64,000 bases of DNA, taken from contig NMRA01000298.1 in the NCBI GenBank assembly GCA_002633005.1, positions 411,474 to 475,473 on the forward strand, given 5' to 3'. The translations under genes and the position numbers were made by a program. Below, piece after piece: positions 62,201 through 64,000 of this stretch (its first letter is position 1; every line of letters begins with the position of its first letter). The notes below the pieces were generated by a model. The model was not told where the DNA came from. It ran no database searches and saw only the letters and a list, made by a program, of their open reading frames with translations. This DNA is from Phoronis australis (taxonomy: Eukaryota; Animalia; Phoronida).

Positions 62201-63832
62201 ACTAAACTCACGATAAAATCTCTTACTGAGACTGAATGATTCCAAATGGTTATTAGTCTAATATCTTTATTCCAAGGAATAAATACAAAGTTGGAAATTG
62301 CCATTTTTGGGTGCAAAAACAAGGATTGAATGCCTTAAACTCGGGTGAAATGCACTGTTATTTTACGTTGATTACATGTCCCTTGGGACAACCTATGTGC
62401 CAAATTTGGTGGCCATTGGTTTACCCACCCCACCCACCCTGCTGCTTGAGGACTGGTGTGCTGGTGGACTAGAATTCAAGCAATGGCCCAGTTTTTCTGA
62501 GGGTTGGAAAGCTTAGGGCGAAACTAAAAAACTTATATGGCTTCGCATCATTTGCACCAGTATCATTTTGAAGTTGCGCTTCTCCGTCGCTATCTTTTTT
62601 CAAAATCCTGGAAGATGCTCAATTTCACTGACTGGTCAGCGCATGCCTGTACACGTATGGATGAAACTTTTCAAATGAGTGGAACTGTATCCAACGCACC
62701 CAAAATTGCAACACGCCCATCCAGAACATTCCTTGAGGTACACGAAGTCAAATGCCAGATACATCTATTGAAATGAATGCGATACAAACGATAGTGTGCG
62801 ACTGTGTCCTTTCGTTAATGAAATGTGGTTCAAGGCAACTGTTCGTGCTCCCCTGTGCATTAAACTGTAGTCGCCCATGCTTCAAAAGCATCAACATCAA
62901 TGTACGTACACCCAACCATTAAGTAAATATTTTATGGTTTGTCAACAGAGATAGAACCAACAAGCATTTTAACTGCACAGGGGAGAAAGACTCGTGGGTT
63001 ATCAAAATGACACATTACATGTACTTCCAACTAGGCAAGAAATGTGCGTTTCGCCATAGGTATCCCCTCACTTCATTTAACACCTGATCTTTTAGGTTAC
63101 TTTTGCGAGCTGAAGCAAGGCTGTAAGGTACAAAATTCTGTGGTTGAAACTGTTACCAGGAACATATTGATGTTTATAGATATCACCAATTTCAGATAGT
63201 TTATGAAAAGGTTAGAAACGCCTTTATTTAGTTTTGTCACAACCTATCAAACAACATGTTGGGAGATGTTTAACGAGATATTTTTGGGTGTTAAAATCAT
63301 GTAACACTATTTTCCTGAAGGCTGTGACATTTGGTTTCTGAGTGTTTGCTCTCAATTATAAATAGAAGTTTAGGTATGTTATCATGACATTCGAAAGACG
63401 TATCGTGTATTCATTTGCGTAGGTTGTGTATGTATTGTATGCATGCATATTTTATTACTGTTATTGTTTCTATTACTAATTCATTTATGCAATGCTAATA
63501 TGTTGCCTTTGATGCTAATGATACCTGTAGTACTTACATTTAACCCTGACATAAAATTTAAAAGATAAAAAGTGAACTTTGTAAAAGAATCTAATGCAAT
63601 ACTTAAGTTACAGCGTGCGTTATGCTTGCCAACTGTCTCGTTCTTGGCGGCCTATCGCACTTTTCTAATGTTCTGCGCCATCCGGCCGCACATCGAAATA
63701 GAAATGTTATCATACAGTATTATGATTTCTCACGCAACGTAGCCCTGTTTTCCAGTTGAAAAGAAAGAAGATGACGTCTGATGGATTTTTGCGGCACCTG
63801 TAATTTCCCATTCATCTAAAGATAAAATAAAA
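56273..63832 (+). repeat. Segmental duplication copy 2 (lacks the LINE; extra sequence at ~57360-57440, ~59380-60016, ~61385-62575 and an internal ~470-bp tandem duplication)
   Basis: Colinear with 41733-48913; starts immediately after the N at 56272. Confidence 0.9.
60079..61018 (+). repeat. Two diverged tandem copies of a ~470-bp segment
   Basis: gtggc(g/t)ggacgttt...gaagtaagccatattctatg at 60079-60549 and 60550-61018; single copy at ~46807-47297. Confidence 0.88.
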
Positions 63833-64000
63833 CGCCGTCTGGTGCTTTTAGGAGTTGCGTCTCGCGTTCAACTAAAGACGCAGGTCGGTGGGTTGTGACG
63901 AATATTTCACGCTTGCGGTTTTGCGGTAGACCAGATGTCCCCCTTATTACCCGGAATCCCTCTTTTTAATACAGTTATGGCGTTTGTTCCCATTTTTGAC

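Overview
Eukaryotic animal genomic DNA, AT-rich with spliceosomal introns; the repeat content suggests a marine invertebrate such as a lophotrochozoan, which is inference only. (1) 1-13,042 (+) holds the last 16 coding exons of DIS3L, the DIS3-like exosome 3'-5' exoribonuclease; all splice sites are GT-AG and phase-consistent. (2) About 14.5-44 kb is a dense block of decayed transposons, almost all on the minus strand: a 5-copy ~2.9-3.2 kb tandem array built from transposase fragments (subtype order A-B-A-A-B), a piggyBac remnant with a nearly intact Kolobok/MULE-like transposase nested inside it, two further DDE-type remnants, a Penelope-like GIY-YIG fragment with a hammerhead-ribozyme-like core, and a 5'-truncated CR1-like LINE with a 13-bp TSD. 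(3) 50,180-54,959 (+) is a spliced gene predicted to encode a secreted signal peptide + PAN/Apple + Cys-enriched TLDc protein, an unusual architecture. (4) The region upstream of that gene (41.7-48.9 kb) is repeated in diverged form at 56.3-63.8 kb, hinting at a tandem paralog beyond the window. Three single-N gaps (18,936; 35,836; 56,272) mark assembly joins, and at least one creates an artefactual 1.56-kb duplication. All family assignments come from motif recognition by eye; no searches were run.
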